Shown here in pieces: positions 10,650 through 20,133 of a DNA stretch of 64,000 nucleotides; positions within the stretch are counted from its first letter, which is position 1, and every line of letters begins with the position of its first letter. Where the stretch lies: assembly GCA_034669685.1 (NCBI GenBank), contig JAXMOU010000002.1, positions 943,230-1,007,229 on the forward strand, written 5' to 3'. Source of the stretch: Sneathiella sp. Lineage in GTDB: Bacteria; Pseudomonadota; Alphaproteobacteria; Sneathiellales; Sneathiellaceae. The notes beneath the pieces were generated by a model, which searched no databases, was not told where the DNA came from, and saw only the letters and a list, made by a program, of their open reading frames with translations. The translations under genes were made by a program, and so were the position numbers.

Positions 10650-11537
10650 ATGGCTTTACCCCATATCGGGCTTGCCCTGCTCGTGAACTTCATCTGGGGT
10701 TTTTCGTTTGTAGCCGCTAAAATAGCAATGGGCCATTATTCGCCGCTATTGTTTACGTCATTGCGTTTTATTCTGGTGGCACTGCTACTTGCACCTTATT
10801 TGAAGGTCGCTCCTGGCCGTATGAAGTTTGTCCTGTCAATTGCGATGCTTGTTGGCGTGACACACTTTACTTTCTTGTATTTAGGTCTGAATACGGCAGG
10901 CGGTGTTTCTGCTGTAGCGATTACAATTCAGCTTGTTGCGCCGTTTTCTCTGATTATGGCTGTTGTATTTTTGAAGGAGACGATCCGTTGGAAACGGATA
11001 GTGGGTCTGGTACTTGCGTTTATCGGCGTGATGGTGCTGGGATTAGATCCTATTGTCTTTGATCATTTGTCAAGTGCGATGCTGATTGCGACTGCCGCCC
11101 TTTGTATGGCTGGCGGTATTGTGCTTATGCGACAAGCCATTGGAATTGGTGCCATGCAGATGCAGGCCTGGATCGCGTTATTTTCCTTTCCCATTCTACT
11201 TGGATTTTCGTTTGTGTTCGAAGAAGGTCAGGTGGCGCAAGTCATGAATGTGAGCTGGGAGGCGATCCTTTCATTGCTCTTTACGGTCGTAGCAACAACA
11301 ATTATTGCACATGGGACATGGTATTATTTACTCCAAAAATATCCAATTTCGGTACTGACACCCTATGGGTTGCTGGCGCCGGTGTTTGGTGTTGGCTTTG
11401 GCGTGATTTTGTATGACGAGCCGTTGACTTGGAAATTTATGCTGGGCGGCGCTATTACATTGGCGGGTGTTCTGATCATTAATCTTAGAAATGCTGAAAA
11501 GCAGCCCAAGCCTCTTCAAACTTCTAGCGGTTTGTGA
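10650..11537 (+). CDS. EamA/DMT-family transporter
   Basis: About 10 TM segments in two EamA repeats (IWGFSFVAAK...SPLLFTSLRF). Confidence 0.88.
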   Translation: MALPHIGLALLVNFIWGFSFVAAKIAMGHYSPLLFTSLRFILVALLLAPYLKVAPGRMKFVLSIAMLVGVTHFTFLYLGLNTAGGVSAVAITIQLVAPFSLIMAVVFLKETIRWKRIVGLVLAFIGVMVLGLDPIVFDHLSSAMLIATAALCMAGGIVLMRQAIGIGAMQMQAWIALFSFPILLGFSFVFEEGQVAQVMNVSWEAILSLLFTVVATTIIAHGTWYYLLQKYPISVLTPYGLLAPVFGVGFGVILYDEPLTWKFMLGGAITLAGVLIINLRNAEKQPKPLQTSSGL

Positions 11538-12550
11538 ACCCCAAAGATACGGGGATCAAAGGGGGCCAGATTATTTTGAAACTGATCCACGCTTTTATCC
11601 CATGTATACTGCAGCGCAAACTCCCGGCAGCTTTTTGAATCGATTTCAAGGGCCTGCAACGCCGCTGTTTGAAGGTCTTCATGCAGGACCCCAACAGGGG
11701 CATCTGCGATGACATCAAGCGGACCTGTTACCGGGTAAGCCGCGACGGGGACGCCCGATGCCAACGCTTCCAAAAGAACAAGGCCAAATGTATCGGTTCG
11801 GCTTGGGAAAACAAAAACATCTGCAGCCGCAAAATATTGCGCCAGTTCTTCCCCGCGTTTCAGTCCCACAAATACAGCGTCTTTGTATTTCGCTTCCAAT
11901 TGATTTCGTTGAGGGCCGTCTCCGACAACCACTTTAGTGCCTGGAAGATCAAGTTTTAGAAAAGCTTCTATGTTTTTCTCGACGGCTACTCTGCCAACGC
12001 ACATGAATATTGGCTGCTTTATGCCCCTTAGTCCTTTTGCACGGGGATAGAAAAGTTCCGTGTCAATGCCTCTGGACCAACGGGAAATGTTCTTAAAGCC
12101 GCGGTTGGTCAGATAATCTTCCAGGCTTTGTGTGGCAACCATGATTGAACTGGATGGATCATGGAACCACCGAAGGAATGCATAACCAACAGAGAGTGGA
12201 AGGCGGGTTCGAGCCTGAACATATTCTGCAAACCGGGTGTGAAAAGCTGTGGTAAAGGGGATGCCTTTTTTGATGCAGTATCTACGGGCTGCAAGTCCAA
12301 GAGGGCCTTCGGTGGCAATGTGAATGGCGCTTGGTTGCGTGCTTTCGATTATTTGCCGTACTTTTCGGGCCGGAAACAGCGATAACCGAATTTCCGGATA
12401 GGTCGGACAGGGTAGGGTTCGAAAAAGATTGGGCGTGATCATCGTGATATCATGCCCTCGGCTTTCCAATCGAATTTTGAGCTGAGTTAGAGTTTGAACG
12501 ACACCATTGATTTGAGGCGTCCAAGCGTCTGAGACGATGACGTATCGCAT
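11516..12550 (-). CDS. GT4 glycosyltransferase, Agt-like monoglycosyl-diacylglycerol synthase
   Basis: DAWTPQINGVVQTL, HIATEGPLG, FTTAFHTRFAEY, VGRVAVEKN, FPSRTDTFGLVLLEALASG; AGGA RBS; directly downstream of the PlcP-like gene. Confidence 0.8.
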   Translation of the reverse strand: MRYVIVSDAWTPQINGVVQTLTQLKIRLESRGHDITMITPNLFRTLPCPTYPEIRLSLFPARKVRQIIESTQPSAIHIATEGPLGLAARRYCIKKGIPFTTAFHTRFAEYVQARTRLPLSVGYAFLRWFHDPSSSIMVATQSLEDYLTNRGFKNISRWSRGIDTELFYPRAKGLRGIKQPIFMCVGRVAVEKNIEAFLKLDLPGTKVVVGDGPQRNQLEAKYKDAVFVGLKRGEELAQYFAAADVFVFPSRTDTFGLVLLEALASGVPVAAYPVTGPLDVIADAPVGVLHEDLQTAALQALEIDSKSCREFALQYTWDKSVDQFQNNLAPFDPRIFGVHKPLEV

Positions 12551-13335
12551 TCTTTAGATCCTTTGGTCGGAATGAGTTCAGAGTCAGGGGTGAACCATTG
12601 GATAATTTCCAAGCGACCATCAAAATGCTCAACAAGGGCGGAGCAGCTCTCCACCCAGTCGCCATCATTGCAATAGGTTACGCCGTCAATTTCCCGGATT
12701 TCCGGATGGTGAATATGGCCGCAAATAACGCCGTCGACCCCTTTTTTTCGAGCTACATCAGCCAGTGCATTTTCAAAATCCGCGATAAATTGCACCGCGT
12801 TTTTCACTTTTAATTTGAGATAGGCAGAGAGCGACCAATAGGGGTATCCAAGCCATTGGCGGGCACTGTTGACGATATCATTGAGTTTGAGGCAGAGGCC
12901 ATATGCCCAGTCGCCAAGCAGGGCGAGCCATTTGGCATATTTCACAACCACATCAAATTCATCTCCATGGAGGACGAGGAACTGCCGACCGTCGGCTGTT
13001 TCGTGAATCATTTCCCTCGCCACGGTTATGTCGCCAAAGTTATGATCAACGTAACTCCGGGCAAATGCATCATGGTTTCCCGGAATGAAAAGAACTTGCG
13101 TACCTTTTCGCGCTTTGCGGAGAATTTTTTGAACGACGTCATTATGCTCCTGGGGCCAGTACCAATTGCGCTGTAATGCCCAACCATCAACAATGTCGCC
13201 GACAAGGTATAGTTGTTCAGAATGGGTATGCTTTAAAAAGTCTAAAAGAAATTGCGCTTTGCAGCCTGGGGTGCCGAGGTGAATGTCAGATATCCAGATC
13301 GATCTGTATTTTATCTTTGTCGCTTGGGCATTCAT
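12487..13335 (-). CDS. plcP: LpxH2/PlcP-like metallophosphoesterase (phospholipase C candidate)
   Basis: SDIHLG, LVGDIVDGW, PGNHD, LHGDEFD, CGHIH, NDGDWVES motifs; pairing with an Agt-like GT4 is the known plcP-agt arrangement. Symbol assigned from context. Confidence 0.7.
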   Translation of the reverse strand: MNAQATKIKYRSIWISDIHLGTPGCKAQFLLDFLKHTHSEQLYLVGDIVDGWALQRNWYWPQEHNDVVQKILRKARKGTQVLFIPGNHDAFARSYVDHNFGDITVAREMIHETADGRQFLVLHGDEFDVVVKYAKWLALLGDWAYGLCLKLNDIVNSARQWLGYPYWSLSAYLKLKVKNAVQFIADFENALADVARKKGVDGVICGHIHHPEIREIDGVTYCNDGDWVESCSALVEHFDGRLEIIQWFTPDSELIPTKGSKECDTSSSQTLGRLKSMVSFKL

Positions 13336-13475
13336 GTATTGCACTCTTGTCCCGTTTAATGGAACTTTCACCAATATGAACAAAATCAGTCATCAAACTC
13401 TGTGACGATTCTTGCAAAGGCATTGGACAATCGAATGTCCGCAAAATTAAATTTTTGTTGCGAACGAAAGACAAT

Positions 13476-14369
13476 ATGGTGACGCAGTCCAAACGACTCT
13501 TGATTATTTACAATCCGACAGCAGGTCAAAGTCACGAACGACGGTTTTGGAAAATCCTAAAATTGCTGGAGGCACGCAACTGTCTTCTGACGCTTTCGCA
13601 AACGGAAGGTCCTGACCATGCGACGGAGCTGGCGAGGGATGCTCTGAAGGATCCAGAAATAGCCTCTGTTATTGCAGCAGGTGGGGACGGAACGCTGGGA
13701 GAGGTGGCGCAAGGTCTGCGGGGAAGTGATATGCCACTTGGGCTTATTCCTTTGGGAACGGCGAATGTTTTTGCCCGCGAAATTGGGATTGGAACGAATG
13801 CCCGCAAAATCGTTGATGCTATTACTGTGGGAAGCCAGGTGCAGATTTGGCCAGGCTTGGTTAAGGGAAGGCGATTTTTACTGATGGTCGGCTGTGGATA
13901 CGATTCTGTTGCCGTTGCCGGACTTAACCCAGAGCAAAAAAGAAAATGGGGGGCTCTTGCATATCTGTTATCGGCCATTCGTGTTCGACATCAATTTTCA
14001 AAATTAGAAGTGAATGTTTCGTGCGGTGATAAGAAATACTCAGCCGCTAGTGTCGTTGTGTCTCGGGCGCAAAAATATGGAGGTCCTTTTACCGTGTTTC
14101 CGCGTGCGAGTTTGGAACGTCGTGATTTACAGGTTCTGTTGCTGAAAAATAAAGGGTTAGGCAATGCCGTCATATACGGCATTGCGATGGCCTTAAATAT
14201 TTTGCCCAAACTGGCATCCGTTAAAAGCTTTAGTACGGGAGAGGTTGTCGAGCTTTCTTCTTCCGAAGGCCTTGCCTGCCAGCGGGATGGAGACTTGGAA
14301 GATACAACACCGGTTGAAATTTCGGTGGATACTTTTCCCCTTAATTTCCTGATGCCCTACAGACAATAG
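13476..14369 (+). CDS. Diacylglycerol/lipid kinase family protein (YegS/BmrU-like)
   Basis: YNPTAG, AAGGDGTLGEV, IPLGTANVFA, CQRDGD motifs. Confidence 0.88.
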   Translation: MVTQSKRLLIIYNPTAGQSHERRFWKILKLLEARNCLLTLSQTEGPDHATELARDALKDPEIASVIAAGGDGTLGEVAQGLRGSDMPLGLIPLGTANVFAREIGIGTNARKIVDAITVGSQVQIWPGLVKGRRFLLMVGCGYDSVAVAGLNPEQKRKWGALAYLLSAIRVRHQFSKLEVNVSCGDKKYSAASVVVSRAQKYGGPFTVFPRASLERRDLQVLLLKNKGLGNAVIYGIAMALNILPKLASVKSFSTGEVVELSSSEGLACQRDGDLEDTTPVEISVDTFPLNFLMPYRQ

Positions 14370-14378
14370 GCTTATGTG

Positions 14379-14837
14379 TCATCTGTTGTTGTCGAGATAA
14401 ATTTTCAGTCTGTCTAAGGATTGATACAGATTGTGCTTTTCCGTTTCACTCCATCCCTCAAATGTATCTTTTAAACCATATGACAGACGGCTTTTTGCGT
14501 CAAGATGGGCATTTATACCGGCCTCCGTTAGGTAAAGAATTTTGGAGCGACCATCTTTCGGGTTGTTTTCTTCTCGAAGAAATCCCTTAGTGACCATCTT
14601 GGCGATTGTTTTTGTGATGCCGGGTTGGGGTTGCTGCATCGCTTGTGCGATCAGGGTTATTGTTTTTCCTTCAGCCGGTCGATGGCTAAAATGATTGAGC
14701 AGAGTGAATTGCGGCGGCGGAACATCGGTTCCATCAAGTAATTGCCGCATTTTTGCAGTGGTCAGTTGCTCGATGATGCCGATCCAGTTGATGATACGAA
14801 AATCTAACGGGGGCTCTGATGGGTTATTTAAAGTCAT
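14379..14837 (-). CDS. MarR-family transcriptional regulator
   Basis: QFTLLNH, QPGITKTIAKMVTKGFL, NPKDGRSKILYLTEAG; ATGA overlap with the upstream gene. Confidence 0.88.
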   Translation of the reverse strand: MTLNNPSEPPLDFRIINWIGIIEQLTTAKMRQLLDGTDVPPPQFTLLNHFSHRPAEGKTITLIAQAMQQPQPGITKTIAKMVTKGFLREENNPKDGRSKILYLTEAGINAHLDAKSRLSYGLKDTFEGWSETEKHNLYQSLDRLKIYLDNNR

Positions 14838-15988
14838 GCCTTCAGTATATCGCCAAGTGATCGTCTTGGGGAAGGGGATGGTTGATCCTGATATCCAATT
14901 CTATAAAACATTTGAACTCGCTCTTGCTCCTTTAAACCAAGAAGGCGATTAAATTCCGTCTGATAATCAGACATTTCAGGATATTCTTGAAGCACTTGGC
15001 TAACCGGATGCATCGCCACGCCCAATTGGGTGGCTAACAAATTTAACCGAACGTAGTTTCGCCCGGCGATCACCTGACTTTCCCGGCTATTATCGGGGCT
15101 TATCAAAACCCCCATGCTATATGTGTTTTCGGCCCACCCAAGCGCGTAATCGATACCCCCTTGATAGGCCAAAGTTCCCGGTGTCATTGCCTTTTCAACG
15201 GACATGGCATCAAAAAGATTGAGGGCCCAAAACAAAGGACCATGCAAGTCGATACCATCGCGATGTTTTAGGATTTGATCAGCGCCAACGCGTGTTCTGA
15301 TGACACTTTCCCCCAGCGTTCGTGGCGTTTGCATTTCAAGCAGCATTGCCTGACCGGCCAGTTTTCGAAGCGGTTCAACCTGGGCCTCTTCTGTGAATAA
15401 CCGGCATTGATGGTTATCAAATAGATTGAGCTGCAAAATTTCCTGCTTGTGATTGGCTTCAAGTGGGACCGGTTCATATTTTTCTTTGTTTGAGCGTCTT
15501 CTTAAAATTTGTGAAAACAGCGGATCTTTTTTTGTATTTGGCGCTGGTTTCAACTGAATAACGGCAATTGGAAGCCCAGATATGTCCAACTTATTATGAG
15601 AGGGGGCGCCGTTTGGGAAAAGGTTAATCTTTGGATCATAGCCTTTCTCTAATGCCGCGATGCGAAGTAACTCCAAAAATGTACCCTGACCAATCATTAC
15701 CTGCCGCGAAAATGGATCCGTTTCTGGAAGGAGCCGGGCTTTGTCCGCAAAAAGCGTAATTTGATTTGGGGTCGTTAAATCAGCAATCCACGCCTGCATA
15801 TTGTGTGGGTTTGGAGCGAGCAAAGCATATGACAGTATCCATTCTCTGAACTCCATATCAGCGGATGGACCTCTCCAGGGAGAGATGGCGTCATCCGGCA
15901 TTTGATCAAGTTGCGATGCGGCTCCAAGGCCTGCCGCGACCACAATGCCGGTCCCGCCAATTGTTTTTAAAAAAGCGCGTCTATTCAT
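14834..15988 (-). CDS. Acg-type FMN-binding nitroreductase-fold protein with twin-arginine signal
   Basis: N-terminus MNRRAFLKTIGG (Tat consensus); LAPNPHNMQAW, RRRSNK, AMHPVSQVLQEY; AAGGAGA RBS 7 nt upstream of ATG 15988. Confidence 0.75.
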   Translation of the reverse strand: MNRRAFLKTIGGTGIVVAAGLGAASQLDQMPDDAISPWRGPSADMEFREWILSYALLAPNPHNMQAWIADLTTPNQITLFADKARLLPETDPFSRQVMIGQGTFLELLRIAALEKGYDPKINLFPNGAPSHNKLDISGLPIAVIQLKPAPNTKKDPLFSQILRRRSNKEKYEPVPLEANHKQEILQLNLFDNHQCRLFTEEAQVEPLRKLAGQAMLLEMQTPRTLGESVIRTRVGADQILKHRDGIDLHGPLFWALNLFDAMSVEKAMTPGTLAYQGGIDYALGWAENTYSMGVLISPDNSRESQVIAGRNYVRLNLLATQLGVAMHPVSQVLQEYPEMSDYQTEFNRLLGLKEQERVQMFYRIGYQDQPSPSPRRSLGDILKA

Positions 15989-16004
15989 GAGCAATCTCCT
16001 TATT

Positions 16005-16038
16005 CATTCCTCGGAATATATTTATATTCTTAGGAATG
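16005..16038. promoter_or_regulatory. Tandem palindromic operator, probably for the MarR regulator
   Basis: CATTCCTcgGAATATAttTATATTCttAGGAATG matches its reverse complement at 28/34 positions; contains ATTCC-tc-GGAAT (16006-16017) and ATTCT-ta-GGAAT (16026-16037), 20 bp apart. Confidence 0.7.
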
Positions 16039-16123
16039 TAAATGGATAATTTAAAGTCATGGGAATTTTCTGGATGAAATTTTTGTTTCGAAGTAGGTTG
16101 AGGCACCTGCCATTGGAAACTGT

Positions 16124-17296
16124 ATGACCCAACCAATTTATACGCGAAAACAAGCAGCAACCCGTTTAACGGCATATTACACCTCGTTTTTTGCCGTTTA
16201 TGGAATTGCAATTCCGCTATGGCCGCGTTGGCTGGAAGCGCAAATCTCACTGGAATATGTGGGCATAGTTCTTGGGGCTTCTTATTGGCTCAAACTGCTT
16301 GTTGTGCCTGTGGCGTCTTCGATTGCTGATATTGTCGGAGATCGTCGACGGGTTATGATTTTCCTCTCTTTGATGGTTTTCAGTGGTTTGTTGGTGTTGC
16401 CATTTTTGGACGGTTGGGTGCCATATGCGATTGTTTGGGGGTTGGCAGGCGCGGCGCTATCCACAGGGATTCCCTTAAGTGATGGTCTGACAATGCGTCT
16501 TGGCCAACTTATCGGCGTTGAATTTGGCAAGGTGCGGCGTTGGGGCTCCGTAAGCTTTATTGTCGTTTCTTTGGGAGTTGGTGCGCTTGCCGATTATTTT
16601 GGCTTAGATGCGATTTATTTTTCATTGCTGTTTACGGCTTTGCTGTTGATTGGGGCCGCTTTTATTGTCCCGAAAATTCACACGCCCTCGGATTCCAAGA
16701 AGGTGCCTATTTTTCGTCCCTTGTCGTTGCCCAATTTTCCGCTGTTCCTGATCACGGTCGCGTTACTTCTCTCCACGCATGCGGCACTTTATGGGTTTAG
16801 TGCGATTTATTGGAAAAGTGTGGGGTATAGTAACACGACGATTACTTTACTGTGGATTGTTGGCGTTGTTGCTGAAATTGGGATGTTTAGTATCTCCGGC
16901 CGATTAATCGACAGATTTGGCGCAATGCCGATGATCATCTGTGCGGCGTCGGGTGGTATGGTGCGTTGGACGTTACTGGCCGCTTCAACACAATTGCCGG
17001 TTTTGGTTGTCGCGCAGGCGCTGCATGCATTAACATTTGCACTACTTTACATGGCGCTGATTGCTTATATGACGAAACGAATTCCGGCTTCAATTTCGGC
17101 ATCTGCACAGGGCTTGTATGACAGTTTATCAATGGGTGTTTTCTTTGGAATTCTGACCATGATGGCTGGAGTACTTTATAAAATTGACCCGTCATACAGT
17201 TTTTCGCTCATGGCGGCGTGTTCTACCGTTGGGCTTGGATTGGCAGTGCTTCTCCTAATTAAAGTTAGAAGGTTTGAAAAAAAACAATCGGCCTGA
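16124..17296 (+). CDS. MFS transporter (HcaT/MFS_1-like)
   Basis: About 12 TM segments; FGKVRRWGSVSF, GVVAEIGMF, QALHALTFAL, SAQGLY. Confidence 0.85.
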   Translation: MTQPIYTRKQAATRLTAYYTSFFAVYGIAIPLWPRWLEAQISLEYVGIVLGASYWLKLLVVPVASSIADIVGDRRRVMIFLSLMVFSGLLVLPFLDGWVPYAIVWGLAGAALSTGIPLSDGLTMRLGQLIGVEFGKVRRWGSVSFIVVSLGVGALADYFGLDAIYFSLLFTALLLIGAAFIVPKIHTPSDSKKVPIFRPLSLPNFPLFLITVALLLSTHAALYGFSAIYWKSVGYSNTTITLLWIVGVVAEIGMFSISGRLIDRFGAMPMIICAASGGMVRWTLLAASTQLPVLVVAQALHALTFALLYMALIAYMTKRIPASISASAQGLYDSLSMGVFFGILTMMAGVLYKIDPSYSFSLMAACSTVGLGLAVLLLIKVRRFEKKQSA

Positions 17297-17297
17297 T

Positions 17298-18113
17298 TTA
17301 AGAGAATTTGTTTTTGGTAAAGTCTTTTTTTGTGCCGCTGCTGATAAAGCGGACAGTATTTTTCTCGAAAATTGCGGCGGAAATCTTTCCTTTTAGGCGA
17401 TAACTTCCTGTATCAATGGCAATACGATGTTTATGGACCTCGGGCTTAAAGCTCGGTGTGATGCTATGGCCATGAATAACAAGAAAATCTTTCCGCTCTC
17501 CTTCCCAATGTAGGAAAGGGTCGCGTATCCAACGCATATCCTGATATTTTTGCTCGTTAAGAGGCGTGTCCATCCGTATGCCAGCATGGACAAATACGAG
17601 GGGGCCAACCTGATGCATGTCTTTAAGCTTATGCATGAATTTTAAATGTCGTTTGGGAAAATGTTCCCGAAACAAATTGAATTTCTCTTCAGTGTTAAGG
17701 TTTTCCTGGTATTCGACTTTCTGAAATTTCAAATAACTCTCAACTGTTTGCATGCCACCATTTCGCCACCACAAATCATGACGCGTGCCGGCATGATCCA
17801 GAGCTTCCAATAAAAGTTCTTCGTGATTTCCGTGTAAAAAAAATTCTGAATGTTTGGCATTTTTGGCTTTTTTCGCCCGCTTACTCAGATACTCTATAAT
17901 TTGGGCGGAGTGGGGTCCTCGATCAACAAAATCGCCAAGAAAAACAATATGCTCTTCTTTCGCAGGTTTCTGCTTGCGGTAGTCATCGATACTCGACATT
18001 AGCTCAGAGAGGCGGGTTCGTTGCCCATGGATATCGCCAATGGCAATGACGCGCTGACCTTCGGCCAACTTAACTCTGATTTTCTTTTTTGGATACAGAC
18101 CAAACATCAACAT
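17298..18113 (-). CDS. Calcineurin-like metallophosphoesterase (PrpA/PphA-like)
   Basis: GDIHG, GDFVDRGP, GNHE, VHAG, IHGH, IDTG motifs. Confidence 0.9.
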   Translation of the reverse strand: MLMFGLYPKKKIRVKLAEGQRVIAIGDIHGQRTRLSELMSSIDDYRKQKPAKEEHIVFLGDFVDRGPHSAQIIEYLSKRAKKAKNAKHSEFFLHGNHEELLLEALDHAGTRHDLWWRNGGMQTVESYLKFQKVEYQENLNTEEKFNLFREHFPKRHLKFMHKLKDMHQVGPLVFVHAGIRMDTPLNEQKYQDMRWIRDPFLHWEGERKDFLVIHGHSITPSFKPEVHKHRIAIDTGSYRLKGKISAAIFEKNTVRFISSGTKKDFTKNKFS

Positions 18114-18283
18114 CTTGTCTCGTTTTTTTGGATGGCTGTCAACGAATTACAGATGCTTTACTGTTGCGAAAGGACATCATTGTAATCTGAGGCTATGCAC
18201 GCTAGATGTTTATTCTGTTTAGAACGTGGGCTGCATGATAGAGCTGGCAGGATCAAGCCAGTCATTAGAGACGGCTCCGGAGA

Positions 18284-20113
18284 TTGTCAGTGAACCAGAA
18301 ATTGCCTGAAGTCGACATTAAAGCTGAAAAATTAAAGGGCAATTCTGTTGCGCTTTATAGCAGACTGCTGCGCGACTATGTTCTGAAATATAAATTGAAA
18401 TTATTGGCCGCGATCTTTTTCATGATCATTGGGGCGATGACGACTGCGGCAACGGCTTTCTTAATGAAGCCGATAGTTGATGAGGTCTTTTTCGAGAAAA
18501 ATCCTGAAGTTGTTCTATATACGACAATCGCCGTCGTATTTATTTTTACCCTTCGAGGGCTCGCGACATTTGGCCAGGCCTATTTTATGCAATGGGTTGG
18601 TAATAAGGTGATTGCGGATATTCAACGCTCCCTTTTCCGAAAACTCATTGGTGCGGATCTTGCCTGGTTTCACGAGAATTCAACAGGACAGCTGATCTCG
18701 CGTTTTGTCTATGATACGGAACTTCTCAGAAGAGGTTCTAATCAAGCGCTTGTGGCATTCACCAAAGATACTTTAACAGCAATTTTTTTGGTCGGGTCCT
18801 TATTTTATTACGACTGGAAGATGGCCTCGATTATTTTTATTGCATTGCCGCCAGGTGCAATTGCTATTCGTCAGGTTGGCAAGCTAGCCCGAAAAGCCAG
18901 TCGCCGGGTTTTGGAGCAAACCGGCTCGTTTAGTACCTTTTTGGAGGAAGCTTTTCAGGGTATTCGGGTTATCAAGGCATATGGCCGTGAAAAGCAGACG
19001 ACAATTAAAGGTGACGAAGAAATTCAATATCGCTTTAAATCACAGTTTAAGGCTATGCGTATTCAGGCAACCAGCAATCCAATTGTTGAAACCATTTCAG
19101 GTGTAATGATCGCGGCTGTTATTTACTACGGTGCAAGCCGCGTGACTGAGGGCGCCACTACACCCGGTACATTTTTTGCGTTTATCACGGCTGTCATGTT
19201 GGCCTATCAGCCGATTAAAAGTATTGCTAAAATTGCCCCGCAAATACAGAATTCTTTGGCTGCAGCACAACGCGTTTTTGATTTGCTTGATATCGTTGAT
19301 AAGGTTACCGAAAAGGTGGGAGCGACCCCGCTCGAACTCCACAAAGGGGAGATTTCATTCAACAACGTTGCCTTTGCTTATGCAGAAAATTCACCGGTAT
19401 TGAAGCAAATTTCACTGAAAGTCGGGGCAGGTCAGAGAGTTGCGTTAGTTGGTCCATCCGGGGGTGGTAAATCGACAATCCTAAACTTGATGCCACGATT
19501 TTATGATGTCAGCCAGGGGTCGATTTGTGTCGACGGGCAAGATGTACGGGACGTAACGCTGAAGTCGCTGAGGGAAAAATTCGCGCTGGTTAGTCAGGAT
19601 ATTTTTCTGTTTGATGACACTATTCATGCAAATATTTCCTATGGCCGTGAAACCGCAACTGAAGAAGACGTTATTGCTGCGGCCAAATCAGCAGCAATTC
19701 ATGACTTTATTGTGAGCCTGCCCGAGGGTTACCAGACACGAGTGGGAAGTGATGGGGTCCGTCTTTCGGGGGGGCAGAAGCAACGAATTGCAATTGCGCG
19801 GGCGATGCTTAAAGATGCCCCAATTTTGCTATTGGACGAGGCAACTTCTGCACTAGACGCAGAAGCAGAACGAAAAGTTCAAATCGCTTTGGGTCATTTG
19901 ATGACGGGTCGAACTTCTGTTGTGATTGCGCATCGTTTGACGACAATCTTGGACGCCGACCTGATCTATGTTGTCGTTGCGGGCGAAATCGCCGAGTTTG
20001 GAACGCATTCTGAGCTGCTTGCAAAAAATGGCGTATATGCAGATCTCTATAACAATCAGTTTAGCAATGATACCAATGTGACGCCGATAAAAGGTGCGAA
20101 ACATAAAGGGTAG
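18284..20113 (+). CDS. MsbA-like ABC exporter (fused TMD-NBD)
   Basis: N-terminal TM domain; GPSGGGKST, LSGGQKQRIAIARA, LLLDEATSALD, IAHRL. Exact start uncertain (TTG 18284 or GTG 18290). Confidence 0.88.
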   Translation: MSVNQKLPEVDIKAEKLKGNSVALYSRLLRDYVLKYKLKLLAAIFFMIIGAMTTAATAFLMKPIVDEVFFEKNPEVVLYTTIAVVFIFTLRGLATFGQAYFMQWVGNKVIADIQRSLFRKLIGADLAWFHENSTGQLISRFVYDTELLRRGSNQALVAFTKDTLTAIFLVGSLFYYDWKMASIIFIALPPGAIAIRQVGKLARKASRRVLEQTGSFSTFLEEAFQGIRVIKAYGREKQTTIKGDEEIQYRFKSQFKAMRIQATSNPIVETISGVMIAAVIYYGASRVTEGATTPGTFFAFITAVMLAYQPIKSIAKIAPQIQNSLAAAQRVFDLLDIVDKVTEKVGATPLELHKGEISFNNVAFAYAENSPVLKQISLKVGAGQRVALVGPSGGGKSTILNLMPRFYDVSQGSICVDGQDVRDVTLKSLREKFALVSQDIFLFDDTIHANISYGRETATEEDVIAAAKSAAIHDFIVSLPEGYQTRVGSDGVRLSGGQKQRIAIARAMLKDAPILLLDEATSALDAEAERKVQIALGHLMTGRTSVVIAHRLTTILDADLIYVVVAGEIAEFGTHSELLAKNGVYADLYNNQFSNDTNVTPIKGAKHKG

Positions 20114-20133
20114 TTCTCGGATTTGAGGAATGT

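Noticed and set aside
12487-12550. 64-bp overlap of plcP and the GT4 gene as a frameshift or pseudogene
   Set aside because: All PlcP motifs are complete before the overlap and the GT4 start has its own RBS; it is best read as a C-terminal extension.
13336-13475. Pho box upstream of plcP
   Set aside because: Half-site-like words exist (CAGTCAT, TCGTCAC, TGTTCAT) but are not in 11-bp register, so a PhoB site is not supported.
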